A stretch of 63,739 nucleotides of DNA, filler included, from Octopus bimaculoides (taxonomy: Eukaryota): assembly GCF_001194135.2 (NCBI RefSeq). It is 10 parts of 9 records of this genome, joined end to end, with 100 filler letters (N's around TTAATTAATTAA, not from the genome) between each part and the next. Parts side by side here need not be neighbours in the genome. Positions count along the whole stretch, not along the records: positions 34,430 to 43,418 come from NC_068985.1; positions 43,519 to 48,437 come from NC_069002.1; positions 48,538 to 56,743 come from NC_068981.1; 7 more parts are not named here. One strand, given 5' to 3'. This document shows, in pieces, positions 38,132 to 50,527 of the stretch (the first letter of the stretch is position 1; every line of letters starts with the position of its first letter). A model generated the notes under the pieces. That model was not told where the DNA came from. It was given only the letters and a program-made list of their open reading frames with translations, and did no database searches. Both the position numbers and the translations under genes were made by a program.

Positions 38132-38392
38132 NNNNNNNNNNNNNNNNNNNNNNNNNNNNNNNNNNNNNTATATGGGAGAATTCGCGAAAAAGAAAAAAAC
38201 AACAGACGAAGACATGTGGTGTAAACAACAAATGGATGTATTAGTATAACGCTTGGGAATAGAGAAAGTCTTTCACGTTTCGAGCCTACGCTCTTCAACA
38301 GAAAGGAACATAGAAAGAAATAAGGAGAGAAACAATGAGAGAAAAAAAGGAGAGATAAAAATATGTGTGGTGGTCAGCGATCTATCATGGCG

Positions 38393-38423
<31 letters not shown>

Positions 38424-39000
38424 CTTGGTATCAATTTGTAATAACTTAATTATCGAAATAATTAAATGCTAAATCAGTCTATTTAACATATAATTCACAA
38501 ATCCTTAAGTACTTAAGCAATAACTATAATTTTACTTGGGTTTGAAGTAGATGTTGGTCTTGTAATCTTTAAGGGTAATGGAAGATAAACGCATGACAAA
38601 ACGGTCTTTTTAGTTTGAAAACTTGTTCCTTCGCTACTGTGTTAGTAGTAATGTATATGATTGAATTGGTTGCTTTATACGTTATAGGGGATGTTGTTTA
38701 TCACAAATTTAAGCGATATGGTGGTATTTAGTTCGTACATATTCTACGTTTTGCTACGAATATATGGAACATTGGATTGTTTGTAGGATGTAATGTGATT
38801 CAATGCGTTTTGAGAAGATTTTGTGTTATCATTTAATCTTACCTCTTTCACCGGGTTTTTGGGATCAGATTCGGTGTCTTCTAAGAGCTGAATTCATTTT
38901 CGAGTTGCGTTTTTATCTCTTTACTTCTATGCAGTCACCTTAGTAATCCTTTTCTTGTTAAAGAGGAATTTCTAATGCATGTCCTTGGTTACACTTTTCG
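36850..39000 (-). mobile_element. Decayed Penelope-like element (RT to start of GIY-YIG region), interrupted at about 38060-38440
   Basis: Ordered remnants with stops and frameshifts: SKT*NMYEL, SITLKDYKTN, KALNF, FDFLTENYDGAEAEAL..G*YSDQ (YRDD-type site), LKIFEDFELN, I*FNPPEILNVSMNI, HFPSTLKFHKLFNTHNVIVSY, CYCQK. Confidence 0.8.
38175..38345 (-). mobile_element. Penelope terminal-repeat-like fragment with a degenerate hammerhead-like motif
   Basis: Minus strand 38273-38301 reads CTGTTGAAGAGCGTAGGCTCGAAACGTGA. Confidence 0.45.
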
Positions 39001-39539
39001 TTTATTCCATGAGACATAGTGTAGATCATTTTGGGTTTTACTTGCATACTCTTGGAAAACTAAAACAAAAGATACTTCCTCATTTTCAAGTGTTCATTCT
39101 CACTTCGCAGATAGGGTTAGAATTTAGGGTTAGGGTTAGGATCGATGTGAATATGAATTTACGTTTACAAACGAAAGAAAAAGACACTCAGTAATATTTA
39201 TGGGGAAATATTTGATATTTTGAATCTATCTTTACTAGGGGTTTCATACATTTGAAGTATATGTGTTATCAATAAAAAAAATATATAACCAATAATGTTA
39301 TATCTGTAATGCACAAAGTAGGCTGATTCTCATTGGTCAATTTCAGTCATGTAATCGATTACGTTGTATGCTAAAGTACTAAAGGGAGATTACCAAATGC
39401 TTTGCTGTTATTAATTTTCTGACCGGTGACTGGTATAATTTAAGATATAAGACATTTTTTAATTTTATAATTAATCCTTTCTTTTACAATAATAAATTTC
39501 TAATGAGTCGCTTTTTGTTTAGAGTCAAGTTAGCTCTGT

Positions 39540-39645
39540 GGAGGCGCAATGGCCCAGTGGTTAGGGCAGCGGACTCGCGGTCATAGGATCGCGGTCTCGA
39601 TTCCCAGACCAGGCGTTGTGAGTGTTTATTGAGCGAAAACACCTG
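39540..39645 (+). mobile_element. tRNA-derived SINE head (separate family), cut by a gap
   Basis: TGGCCCAGTGGTTAGG A-box and GGTCTCGATTCCC B-box-like, continuing into non-tRNA body sequence. Confidence 0.7.
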
Positions 39646-40257
39646 NNNNNNNNNNNNNNNNNNNNNNNNNNNNNNNNNNNNNNNNNNNNNNNNNNNNNNN
39701 NNNNNNNNNNNNNNNNNNNNNNNNNNNNNNNNNNNNNNNNNNNNNNNNNNNNNNNNNNNNNNNNNNNNNNNNNNNNNNNNNNNNNNNNNNNNNNNNNNNN
39801 NNNNNNNNNNNNNNNNNNNNNNNNNNNNNNNNNNNNNNNNNNNNNNNNNNNNNNNNNNNNNNNNNNNNNNNNNNNNNNNNNNNNNNNNNNNNNNNNNNNN
39901 NNNNNNNNNNNNNNNNNNNNNNNNNNNNNNNNNNNNNNNNNNNNNNNNNNNNNNNNNNNNNNNNNNNNNNNNNNNNNNNNNNNNNNNNNNNNNNNNNNNN
40001 NNNNNNNNNNNNNNNNNNNNNNNNNNNNNNNNNNNNNNNNNNNNNNNNNNNNNNNNNNNNNNNNNNNNNNNNNNATTATATCTAAAATTATATTGTCTAA
40101 TCTTACTTTCTTTTCAAGATGTTTAGGTGCTTTGAGGACAATTTGATTGTTTTTCTTGAAAATTTGATGGCTGCGCAGAGGTTCCCTCATTTTGTCGAGT
40201 GCAGGAAGAGAATATACACATAATTATGTCCCAATGCAAGTTATTGGTCTCACTCTC

Positions 40258-40653
40258 TCTTTTATTCTTTTACTTGCTTTAGTCATTTGACTGCGGCCAT
40301 GCTGGAGCACCGCCTTTAGTCGAGAAAATCGACCCCAGGACTTATTCTTTGTAAGCCTAGTACTTATTCTATCGGTCTCTTTTTGCCGAACCGCTAAGTT
40401 ACGGGGACGTAAACACACCAGCATCGGTTGTCAAGCGATGGTGGAGGGACAAACACACACAAGCACAAATACATATATATATATACATATATACGACGGG
40501 CTTCTTTTAGTTTCTGTCTACCAAATCCACTCACAAGGCTTTGATCGGCACGAGGCTATAGTAGAAGACACTTGCCCAAGGTGCCACGCAGTGGGACTGA
40601 ACCCAGAACCATGTAGTTGGTAAGCAAGCTACTTACCACACAGCCACTCCTGC
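40258..40653 (-). mobile_element. SINE A, full length, young
   Basis: Family match end to end. Confidence 0.92.
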
Positions 40654-41210
40654 ATCTTATTGATGATGTTAGCGCCATCCTTGATCTAGGAGACCTGACT
40701 CACGTATCTTTTTTTTTTTTTTTTTTTTGAGATATATTGTACATAGCACTACATGAACTAATGCTGCCTCTGTTTTTAAGATAGTAGGATGATATTTGAG
40801 GGAAATTTGGAAGCTATTTCTTGTAGGTCGGGCAACTGCGTATAGAATCTCTAAGTATTATACATTATCTATTTTATATATTTGTGAGGAATGCATACTA
40901 GACCTTTTTGGAAATTACCTAAGCTATACTGGTTTTTTAAGCACACAGATGTTTGTCTCTCATGGGTTTAAGGTTAGTTAAACACAGGAGTTTAAGCATA
41001 CACTGAAAAGATAAATGATATATTTCAAAAACATCTCCATGGAATATAGACAAACTTTCACCCAAACGTTACTCAATTGCTCTCTTGATTTCTGGTAGTA
41101 ATTATTCAAGAAGCAGCACTGCAGATATACAGTTCTGGTGCAAGAATATATTAAGCAATGATCAACAGTGGAGCTCAAAAGATAGATCGTGTTGATGACA
41201 TTAATCGGAT

Positions 41211-41246
<36 letters not shown>

Positions 41247-41806
41247 CGATAGTGAAATCCTGCTAATATCTTTAGAATTGGCGTTCATAGACGTCTTTCA
41301 ATCACCGCAATATTTCATATGACTTTAAACGATTCCTGCAAGATCGGATCGACGCGCTGATAATGAAGATGAGGATTGTGATGACGATGAGGAGGAGGAG
41401 AAGGAAGAGGAAGAGGAAGAGAGTAGCAGAAGAAGAAGAAGAAGAAGAAGAAGAAGGTCATCAACGTTGATGATGGTGATGCATCACTAATACCGTTATT
41501 ATAAAGGCATGAACTTTACACGATCCCACTTCTCCCATCCATTCCGTACTATAAATTTGTGGTTTTGTACCTTTATAGGAAATCAATATTAATTCTCCTA
41601 ATCCCAAAATGAGACCAGTGTCACACGCTAGAGCACATGTATATGTATATATAAGTGTGTGTGTGTGTGTATATATATATACATACAAACACACATATAC
41701 ACACCCATACATACACACACACATATACACACCACATATGTTTTGTATGTTGATAGTGTGGGTTAATTACTGTGAGTTCAAGCACTGGATTGACTTCGAC
41801 TTTCGG

Positions 41807-41854
<48 letters not shown>

Positions 41855-42855
41855 AAAATTCATTTTTGTGGATATGGATGACACATTTAATAAAAGAAGA
41901 ACGTTGGTGTTGATTCAAACAATTCTACATCTTTCTCCTAAAATAGTGACATTGTACCTTATGTTGTATGGTCTGATTCTTCCGAACGAATCACTTATAT
42001 AACNNNNNNNNNNNNNNNNNNNNNNNNNNNNNNNNNNNNNNNNNNNNNNNNNNNNNNNNNNNNNNNNNNNNNNNNNNNNNNNNNNNNNNNNNNNNNNNNN
42101 NNNNNNNNNNNNNNNNNNNNNNNNNNNNNNNNNNNNNNNNNNNNNNNNNNNNNNNNNNNNNNNNNNNNNNNNNNNNNNNNNNNNNNNNNNNNNNNNNNNN
42201 NNNNNNNNNNNNNNNNNNNNNNNNNNNNNNNNNNNNNNNNNNNNNNNNNNNNNNNNNNNNNNNNNNNNNNNNNNNNNNNNNNNNNNNNNNNNNNNNNNNN
42301 NNNNNNNNNNNNNNNNNNNNNNNNNNNNNNNNNNNNNNNNNNNNNNNNNNNNNNNNNNNNNNNNNNNNNNNNNNNNNNNNNNNNNNNNNNNNNNNNNNNN
42401 NNNNNNNNNNNNNNNNNNNNNNNNNNNNNNNNNNNNNNNNNNNNNNNNNNNNNNNNNNNNNNNNNNNNNNNNNNNNNNNNNNNNNNNNNNNNNNNNNNNN
42501 NNNNNNNNNNNNNNNNNNNNNNNNNNNNNNNNNNNNNNNNNNNNNNNNNNNNNNNNNNNNNNNNNNNNNNNNNNNNNNNNNNNNNNNNNNNNNNNNNNNN
42601 NNNNNNNNNNNNNNNNNNNNNNNNNNNNNNNNNNNNNNNNNNNNNNNNNNNNNNNNNNNNNNNNNNNNNNNNNNNNNNNNNNNNNNNNNNNNNNNNNNNN
42701 NNNNNNNNNNNNNNNNNNNNNNNNNNNNNNNNNNNNNNNNNNNNNNNNNNNNNNNNNNNNNNNNNNNNNNNNNNNNNNNNNNNNNNNNNNNNNNNNNNNN
42801 NNNNNNNNNNNNNNNNNNNNNNNNNNNNNNNNNNNNNNNNNNNNNNNNNNNNNNN

Positions 42856-43064
42856 ATGTGCTTCAGCCAAGTGGCTGCGGTCATGCTGGTGCACCACCGT
42901 GATTTTCACGTTCCTTGCATGGCTCTTCTCCCCCACCTGACATGGTCCAATCAAGAGTTTTGATGGCACATCTGGTGTATAAGAGAATTTGACACAGCTG
43001 CCCTAAACTGCGTCTCATTACGAGCCATTGGTTCGTCTGGTACCGTGGAGAGGAAAGCGTCAAG
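42856..43064 (-). mobile_element. 3' end of a CR1-group LINE (ORF2 C-terminus plus 3' UTR)
   Basis: 42951-43064 reads LDAFLSTVPDEPMARNETQFRAAVSNSLIHQMCHQNS*, like the LDxFLxxVPDEP..SNSL terminus of invertebrate CR1-group LINEs. The UTR tail matches the SINE A tail. Confidence 0.72.
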
Positions 43065-43363
43065 TTTTTATATATATATATATATCTGTATGTATGTACC
43101 TGTGTATGTCAACGTTTGTCTGTGCGTATGTATACATATGTGTATGCGTATAGTGGACAACGAAGTGCGGATTCGGTATCAGTAGTAGCTGAAGCGTAGC
43201 GACGCAGAAATGCACGCGTCCTTCAGTCCATTGGCGTAATTCATAGCTCAACGGTGTGATTTTCATACATATTGTTTTTAAGGCGAATTCTCCTCCCGAG
43301 ACAGTGTCCGCAACAAAGGTCACCTCACGTTTGAGCGTGCACAGATGTGTTAAACAGAAGTGT

Positions 43364-43418
<55 letters not shown>

Positions 43419-43518
43419 NNNNNNNNNNNNNNNNNNNNNNNNNNNNNNNNNNNNNNNNNNNNTTAATTAATTAANNNNNNNNNNNNNNNNNNNNNNNNNN
43501 NNNNNNNNNNNNNNNNNN

Positions 43519-44771
43519 TGTTCAGAAAGTTCTGAGCGTGTTTCAGTATGCAAAAAAGGAATATAAATAATTGACCTTTCAATAAATTTTATTCAATGAA
43601 GTAATTTCCCTTATTATCAACGACTTTTGCCCATCTCTCGGGCTCTTTAAATATTCCATCAGCATAAAATTTGAATGGTTTTCAAGAAAAAGCAGTTATC
43701 TAGATGCATTTTGACCTCATCTTAATTGTTAAATGTTTGTCATTGCAATGAAGTCTGTAGAGACAAAGACAAGTGGTTGTCGGATGGCGCTATATCAGGA
43801 GAAAATGGTGGATAGAGTAAGAGATCCCAGCCAAGTTCATGTAACTTTATTCGGGTAACCAAAGACACAAGGGGTCGGGCCCTGCCTTGTTAGAACACTA
43901 ACCTATTCCTGTTGGCAATCTCCAGCATCAGTTATTTGATATTTTGTTTCAAATTAGCTACCTGACATCGGAATTAATGGTCTGGTTTTGTGGGAGAAGC
44001 TAATAATGAATAATACCTTTATGATCCCACCAAACACAAAGCATAACCTTTTTGGCATGGATATTCGTATTTGGTTGCTGCTTTGGGGGATCTTCATGCA
44101 AACTCCAGGATATTTTTCACACTACGTTTTCATGCACAATCTATTTTTCATCTCCAGTCACAAGTTGTTTAAAAAAGAGCATACTTTCATTCCGTTTCCA
44201 AAGCATACCACAAACGGAATAGCGGTCCATGCAATTCTTTTCTGAGAGTTTGTGAGGGACATGTACATTATAGCGAGAAATGTATCCTACCTTCACTAGG
44301 TATTCCTGAACCGTGCTTTTAGAAACTTCTAACTTCTCTTCAAGTTCCCTAGTCTTAATATTTGAATTTTCTTTGATTTTTATCATCAAAACATCTTCAT
44401 CCAATTTTGAAGGTCTTTCACTACGAGTGTCGTATTCTTTTCTCTCCAGCTTTATATTTTGCAAACCACCTTCGAACTGTTGATTCACCTACAGCATCAT
44501 CACCACAAACTTCACAAATGCTTTTGCAAGTCCTTGCTGCATTTCCTCCTTTTTTTCTAACTCGAATATGAAACTTTTGGTTATCCATATCAAATGTCAA
44601 TAAAGGATAATCAGAATGAAAGAAAAATCCATTTTAGTCAGGAACAAGGAGGAGATGCACTACCACTTCAAACAACGCTAAACAGTTAACTGTGGTACGT
44701 TTCAGGTGTGTCCAATGAAGCGTTAAAAGATTTAGCTTTGAAACGCTAAGAAATTTCCGGACAACCTAATA
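43519..44771 (-). mobile_element. Near-full-length decayed mariner transposon
   Basis: RSERPSKLDED..VPHKLSEKN..LVTGDEK*, KKVMLCVWWDHKGII and YPPFSPDIAPSD motifs. Right TIR TATTAGGTTGTCCGGAAATTTCTTAGCG; left TIR partly in the gap (TGTTCAGAAAGTTCTGAGCG). Confidence 0.9.
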
Positions 44772-45384
44772 TAGTGGCGCTGGAAACTATTCACTTCCTC
44801 TCAAGGTTGAAGCTTTTGAATGATGCCACCCAGCTTGCTAGTCGGGCAGGCCTGAATCCCCCTTGAAGATAACGCTCGTCTCTTGCAGATTGTTTATTTA
44901 CTGCTGGGATGAAGCGGAGCGGAGTGAGATGAAGTGTTCCTGAACAGCCAGTCTGAGAATCGAAACCCCGATCTTGTGACCATCAGTGACACATCATAAC
45001 TGCTGGGGTCCGATCCTTCACACACACACACACACACATACGCACACGCACATACATATATATATATACGCAACACACACACACACTCACACACATATAT
45101 ACGCTTATATATATATATATATATATATATATAATGTGTGTGTGTGTGTGTGTGTGGAGCATATATTTATTTTTAAACTCGCCTAATCTTTATAAGTGAG
45201 TGTCACTGCTATACAAACAATGACATTTATTCCCAATATTCTACGAACGTATGTCTGGCCAAGGGCAATATTACATATCATGGAAACAAATGTGGGTTGG
45301 CGACAGGAAGAGCATCTGGTGCTCGAAACATATCTCAATAAAGGGGGTTACGTATTTATTGCAGACAAAATGAAACAATTGCAA

Positions 45385-45545
45385 ACGGTCGAGGCTGTCT
45401 GCTTAAGAAGTCCGCTTTACAACCACATAGTCTCGAGTTCGATTCCACTGCTCAACACCTTGGGCAAGTGACTCCCAATGCAGCCTAGAACTGACCAATG
45501 CTTCGTGGAAGGATTTAGTCTACTAGACGGACACTGAGGCGAAGC
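45385..45545 (+). mobile_element. Diverged SINE A 5' fragment
   Basis: GAGTTCGATTCC B-box and CACCTTGGGCAAGTG. Confidence 0.65.
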
Positions 45546-45924
45546 TGATTGTATATTCCATGTATTTATATGAAAATCGAAATGTTCAGGTTGGTAATAA
45601 ACTTGAGCCCCAACCGCCGCTTACAACTTGTGTCATATGTCACAAAACTTGTAAGACTATATCTAGACTTAAAAAGCATTCCTTCAGAACCACATTCCAA
45701 AGGGCAAAGATGTAGAAGAAATTGGGATCATTATCTGTCACTTGTGTTTTAAACCCTGTCAGTTAGCAGCTGGTCTTAATTCATGAGAGGGCTCTGTGGA
45801 ATCCCGATTAGGAAAATAGTAAAAGAATATTCCAATAATTCAAAAGTTAAAATGATTTCTTTAAAATCTTTTTCCTGTGTTTTGTCATTGTTTTATTTTT
45901 TGTTTTCGCTTTTTTCTACTTCAG

Positions 45925-46100
45925 AGGCAATGGATAATCCAACAGACAACTTAAACTGTGGGGCCGCCGCACGATCCTTATTGGTGATGGCACCACAACC
46001 GCCGTCTAACCGCAACTACAAGCATTTCGAGAAAATGGTCAACGAATACAACGAGAAGGCACCCTTTAACTTTCCTGACCCTTTTGCTGCCGGAAAAAAG
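45925..46100 (+). CDS. Internal exon of a probable receptor (membrane) guanylate cyclase, ANF-type ligand-binding domain
   Basis: Long polypyrimidine tract ending TTCAG| at 45924; donor AAG|GTTGGT at 46101; 176 nt, phase 1 to phase 0. The peptide AMDNPTDNLNCGAAARSLLVMAPQPPSNRNYKHFEKMVNEYNEKAPFNFPDPFAAGKK resembles the ARSLLV..PP..Y..F...V..Y....PFN segment I recall from Gyc76C/NPR-type receptors. No search was run. Confidence 0.68.
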
Positions 46101-46115
46101 GTTGGTAGCATTTTG

Positions 46116-46415
46116 TTATTCGTTTATTTGTTTCAGTCAGTTGACTGCGGCCATGCTGGAGCAACGCCTTTCTTCGAACAAATCGACCCCCAAGACTTAT
46201 TCTTTGTAAGCCTAGTACTTATTCTATCGATTTCTTTTGCCGAACCGCTTGGTTACGGGGACGTGAACACACCAACATCGGTTGTCAAGCGATGGTGAGA
46301 GTACAAACACAGACACACACACGCACACACANNNNNNNNNNNNNNNNNNNNNNNNNNNNNNNNNNNNNNNNNNNNNNNNNNNNNNNNNNNNNNNNNNNNN
46401 NNNNNNNNNNNNNNN

Positions 46416-46449
<34 letters not shown>

Positions 46450-46534
46450 TCGGCCAAGATACCACGCATTGAGACTGAACCCAAAACCTTGTGGTTAGAA
46501 AGCAAGCTTCTTACTCTACATCCACGCCTGCACC
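46116..46534 (-). mobile_element. SINE A, with a gap in its internal microsatellite
   Basis: Family match; begins about 15 nt after the exon donor. Confidence 0.88.
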
Positions 46535-47029
46535 TATAAAATTTATAAAATAATGTCCATCGAAAATGGTTTAACGTTAAAAGTTAAGTTATTGGACTAT
46601 TTATCGGGGGTAGGGGTTAGTTGAGGTGAGGCTCATTGTTCATATCGGGCCACCATCACTGGACTATTTATATAATGAAATTACTGGACTCTCCTTGGTT
46701 AAGTTAACCATGTTATATTTCAATGTCTTTTGATAGAAGCCATTTGTCTCTGGAAAATTCTACAGAGCCACCAAGAATAGTCTACTGTTTGATCCTGTAT
46801 AAGTAAGAATCATTAGATTAAGATTAAGATTAATGGCCTTGATGAGCTAATTCGCGCTCAATTTTGCTTGGCTCTTACCCTTTGGGAAGTTCCTAATTTA
46901 CCATTCCTATATTTCTTTCTCTGCTGTCAATTTTGTTCATCAATCATCGAAGTCTTCTGCGACTGTAGTTCGTTCCATGCAGGAAAACGTAATAGTCATT
47001 CAGTGATATATATTCTTTCATACCTTAAT

Positions 47030-47188
<159 letters not shown>

Positions 47189-47189
47189 A

Positions 47190-47430
47190 CTAAAGTTCGT
47201 GCCAATAATAATTGTTGCGTTGGGAACAGTGAGCCAAGATACAGACAAATGGTTGGAGGAGATTGAAATAGAATGCCCGGTAGACCTCGTACGAAAAGTT
47301 TGTCTCTTTGGTACAGCAAGGATTACCAGGAGGGTGCTCAGCACTTGAAGACTGCTGGAAACTTGTGGATAGTAACCTCCAATCTCATAAATCCTACAAG
47401 GGATAATACCAAACCTGAACCAAACCAAAA
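47190..47430 (+). mobile_element. 5'-truncated R4/Dong-like LINE 3' end
   Basis: KFVPIIIVALGTVSQDTDKWLEEIEIECPVDLVRKVCLFGTARITRRVLST* (stop 47346-48), then a short UTR and an (AAT)n tail. Confidence 0.8.
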
Positions 47431-47438
47431 TGATAATG

Positions 47439-47505
<67 letters not shown>

Positions 47506-47527
47506 CAACAATGACAACGACGACGAC

Positions 47528-47562
<35 letters not shown>

Positions 47563-47563
<1 letters not shown>

Positions 47564-47640
47564 AATCTTTTCCACTATAGGTAGAATGATTGAAAATTTG
47601 GGGGAGGAGCATAGTCGATTATATCGACCCCAGTACTCAA
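47563..47640 (-). mobile_element. SINE B 3' fragment
   Basis: ATAATCTTTTCCACTATAGG..TAGTCGATTATATCGACCCCAGTAC. Confidence 0.75.
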
Positions 47641-47659
47641 AAGGATCCCGGACTAGGTA

Positions 47660-48400
47660 TGTTTGACAAAAAAATTATTTATTTACAGCAATTCTTGAAA
47701 GAAATGTGTGTAGCGTGAGGTCGTCGCATTGACTATGACAGAGAAAGCTGAGCAGGGAATCTGCATCAAATGTTGCCAAATGCTTGGGGATACCTGCTCT
47801 GCTCAGAGGCCTACGCAAAGTTTTCAAAATGTTTTCATTGTTCTCGACACAATTAAGGAGATCTTGTGCACCTCAAACCCGAGTGCCTTTTAGGTCAGCT
47901 GAAAGCATTTATGGCACAAACTTGACAGACACGGGTCTCATACTCAAATATTCAGTCATAATAGACGGAACTGAACTGTAACTAGTCTGCACATCCTCTG
48001 ATAGCTCACGGATGGCGATTCGACGATTTCCCCTCAAAGCAGACGCACATCTGCGATGTTTTCGTTCAGTTCTGCTGGTTGTGGGTCTTCCAGAACGTTG
48101 GTCAGTATCGACATTTTTCGGCCATCTTGGCAAAGGCTCATACACTTTCTGCAACTATGCGTCGGTCACTGAGAAGGTATCGCCATGGCAACTTCCTCTG
48201 TGACGGTGAATGCGACGATCACATGTTACACACGTTCCTTCCAAGCACTGCTGTAAACAGCGAAAGAGAAGTAAAAACCTTAAAACTAAGTGCATATGCA
48301 CAGTAACGTTGCAGGTCAATAATTGCCAAGCGGCTTTTCGCTACCTGCTTTACCTTCGTTATTATGGCAACAGTTCGGATACTTATTGATCAAACTGCCT

Positions 48401-48403
<3 letters not shown>
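47660..48403. mobile_element. Rearranged mariner: two 5' portions in opposite orientation
   Basis: The + strand gives MTEKAEQGICIKCCQMLGDTCS (ATG 47735). The - strand gives a TIR (48371-48403) then DQRSGRPTTSRT..RRIAIRELSEDV..VKFVP..QDLLNCVENNENILKTL. Confidence 0.82.
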
Positions 48404-48437
<34 letters not shown>

Positions 48438-49735
48438 NNNNNNNNNNNNNNNNNNNNNNNNNNNNNNNNNNNNNNNNNNNNTTAATTAATTAANNNNNNN
48501 NNNNNNNNNNNNNNNNNNNNNNNNNNNNNNNNNNNNNGGGACAAGAACGCAAAACATCCAGACAGGTGATACAAGAAAGGGACAACAAAACATCCAGACA
48601 GACGATACAAAGAAAACAAGGACGGGTCATTCGAAGTTTTCTTTCCTCAGTCGAGTTCCAGATTATCTTCGCAATTTCAGCTAGTTATACTCGAGATTGC
48701 TCCAATCTGGCCAGCCCCAAGGAAAATTTAAGCTAAGAGCATTAGATTCCTTGGAAGAAGCAGTGAATGTATACGAAAACAAGGACGGAAAAAATGGAGA
48801 AGTTTACACAAATACAAATAACAGGACATAACAACAGTTGTCTTTCGACTAAGGACGAATTAAATTAAGCTGGCGTGTGTGGAAGTAAAACCTTGCGGCA
48901 GGGATACAGGATTTCACGGGCACAGGGAGGAATACAGATGTTGCACGGTGGGCGGCCGAACCAAGAGAGAAAGGTCAGGCTTGGCCGAACACCGGTCACG
49001 TGGGGGAGAGAAGAGTGGTAGAGGCAGAGGGACAGAAGAAATGAGGCGGGGCGAGAAAAGAATGGCAGGAACACAGTGAAGTGAAAAGAGGAGGGAAAGT
49101 GAGCATGAAGAGAAGGCAAGGAAATGTGAGAGAGGGGGAACAAATGCCTAATGTTGTAGTTGAGTTTTGGTACGAGTTATCGATTTCGTCGTTGTCATGC
49201 TTTGGTCACTTTTTGATTTTATAACATGTATCAAAGAATGAACAGCACGCAGTGGAAACTTCAGAGTATCAGGCCACACGCTTGGCTTAAATAACCTATT
49301 GCACTTTACGTTTGTATTTATTTCTTCCTTAGAACATTACTCGACAACATATAAATATCTAAATCTATATGTGTGTGTGTTTGTGTGTGAGCCTGAGTAT
49401 GTGTATGTGTGCTGAGACAGTGGAATTCCGGGTGGGTCATTTTTCCAATAAAATCACATGGGCCGCTTGTATTTCATTTCTGTTTCGAATTGTCAGTCAA
49501 CTAGTTGACCAACTTATCAATATCTAGTAGATCGTTTCCTAGATCATAACATTTATCTAATCAATCAAACAAATGGCCCGTCGGGGTTCTTTCATTTCAA
49601 TCTGCGAACTTATTGCTGACATGTACTCATCCCCCTCCCCCTCCCACGCACACACATACGCATGCGCACACATGATCTTTTTATATTCTGTCAGAATCAT
49701 ATTCAAGGTCATAATGAAGCATAGATTTTATTGCA

Positions 49736-49785
<50 letters not shown>

Positions 49786-50186
49786 NNNNNNNNNNNNNNN
49801 NNNNNNNNNNNNNNNNNNNNNNNNNNNNNNNNNNNNNNNNNNNNNNNNNNNNNNNNNNNNNNNNNNNNNNNNNNNNNNNNNNNNNNNNNNNNNNNNNNNN
49901 NNNNNNNNNNNNNNNNNNNNNNNNNNNNNNNNNNNNNNNNNNNNNNNNNNNNNNNNNNNNNNNNNNNNNNNNNNNNNNNNNNNNNNNNNNNNNNNNNNNN
50001 NNNNNNNNNNNNNNNNNNNNNNNNNNNNNNNNNNNNNNNNNNNNNNNNNNNNNNNNNNNNNNNNNNNNNNNNNNNNNNNNNNNNNNNNNNNNNNNNNNNN
50101 NNNNNNNNNNNNNNNNNNNNNNNNNNNNNNNNNNNNNNNNNNNNNNNNNNNNNNNNNNNNNNNNNNNNNNNNNNNNNNNNNNNNNN

Positions 50187-50223
<37 letters not shown>

Positions 50224-50527
50224 TGTATGTATGTATGTATGTATATATATATATATATATGCGGCATAAAGAAACACTGCGTTCCAGGTGGCTTTACTGT
50301 ATACTGTATTCTTAGCATGTGAGCGATGATAGTTCTTATAAATATTTATAATAGCTAGCAAATTTTATCCCTCCGGGACACACGTATTTACAACATATTT
50401 CTATTACCCACCCCGACTACTTAAGATACCCGATATATTTTTTAACGAAGTCTGTTTGTACTCATAGTGAGATATATGTGTGAACTCACAACACATACAT
50501 GCATAAATATATATATATATATATATA

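Noticed and set aside
39114-39141. Short TTAGGG-like run near the Penelope remnant
   Set aside because: Only about 3 imperfect units; too short to argue for telomere healing or a telomere-associated PLE.
39548-39625. Possible tRNA gene (also the heads at 33370-33437, 33720-33789 and 57348-57420)
   Set aside because: No acceptor stem closure; each continues into SINE body sequence, so these are tRNA-derived SINE heads.
45301-45335. GAAGAGC-ATCTGGT-GCTCGAAAC hammerhead-like motif
   Set aside because: Lacks the CUGANGA core, and the upstream bases look like a different common repeat.
45783-46298. 171-aa ORF as a single-exon gene with a hydrophobic signal-like stretch
   Set aside because: The hydrophobic part is the polypyrimidine tract and the C-terminus is antisense SINE A. 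Only 45925-46100 looks exonic.
48538-49160. Complex non-microsatellite stretch, possibly a Penelope-derived repeat
   Set aside because: No protein motif or terminal structure that I can verify from this window; left unclassified.
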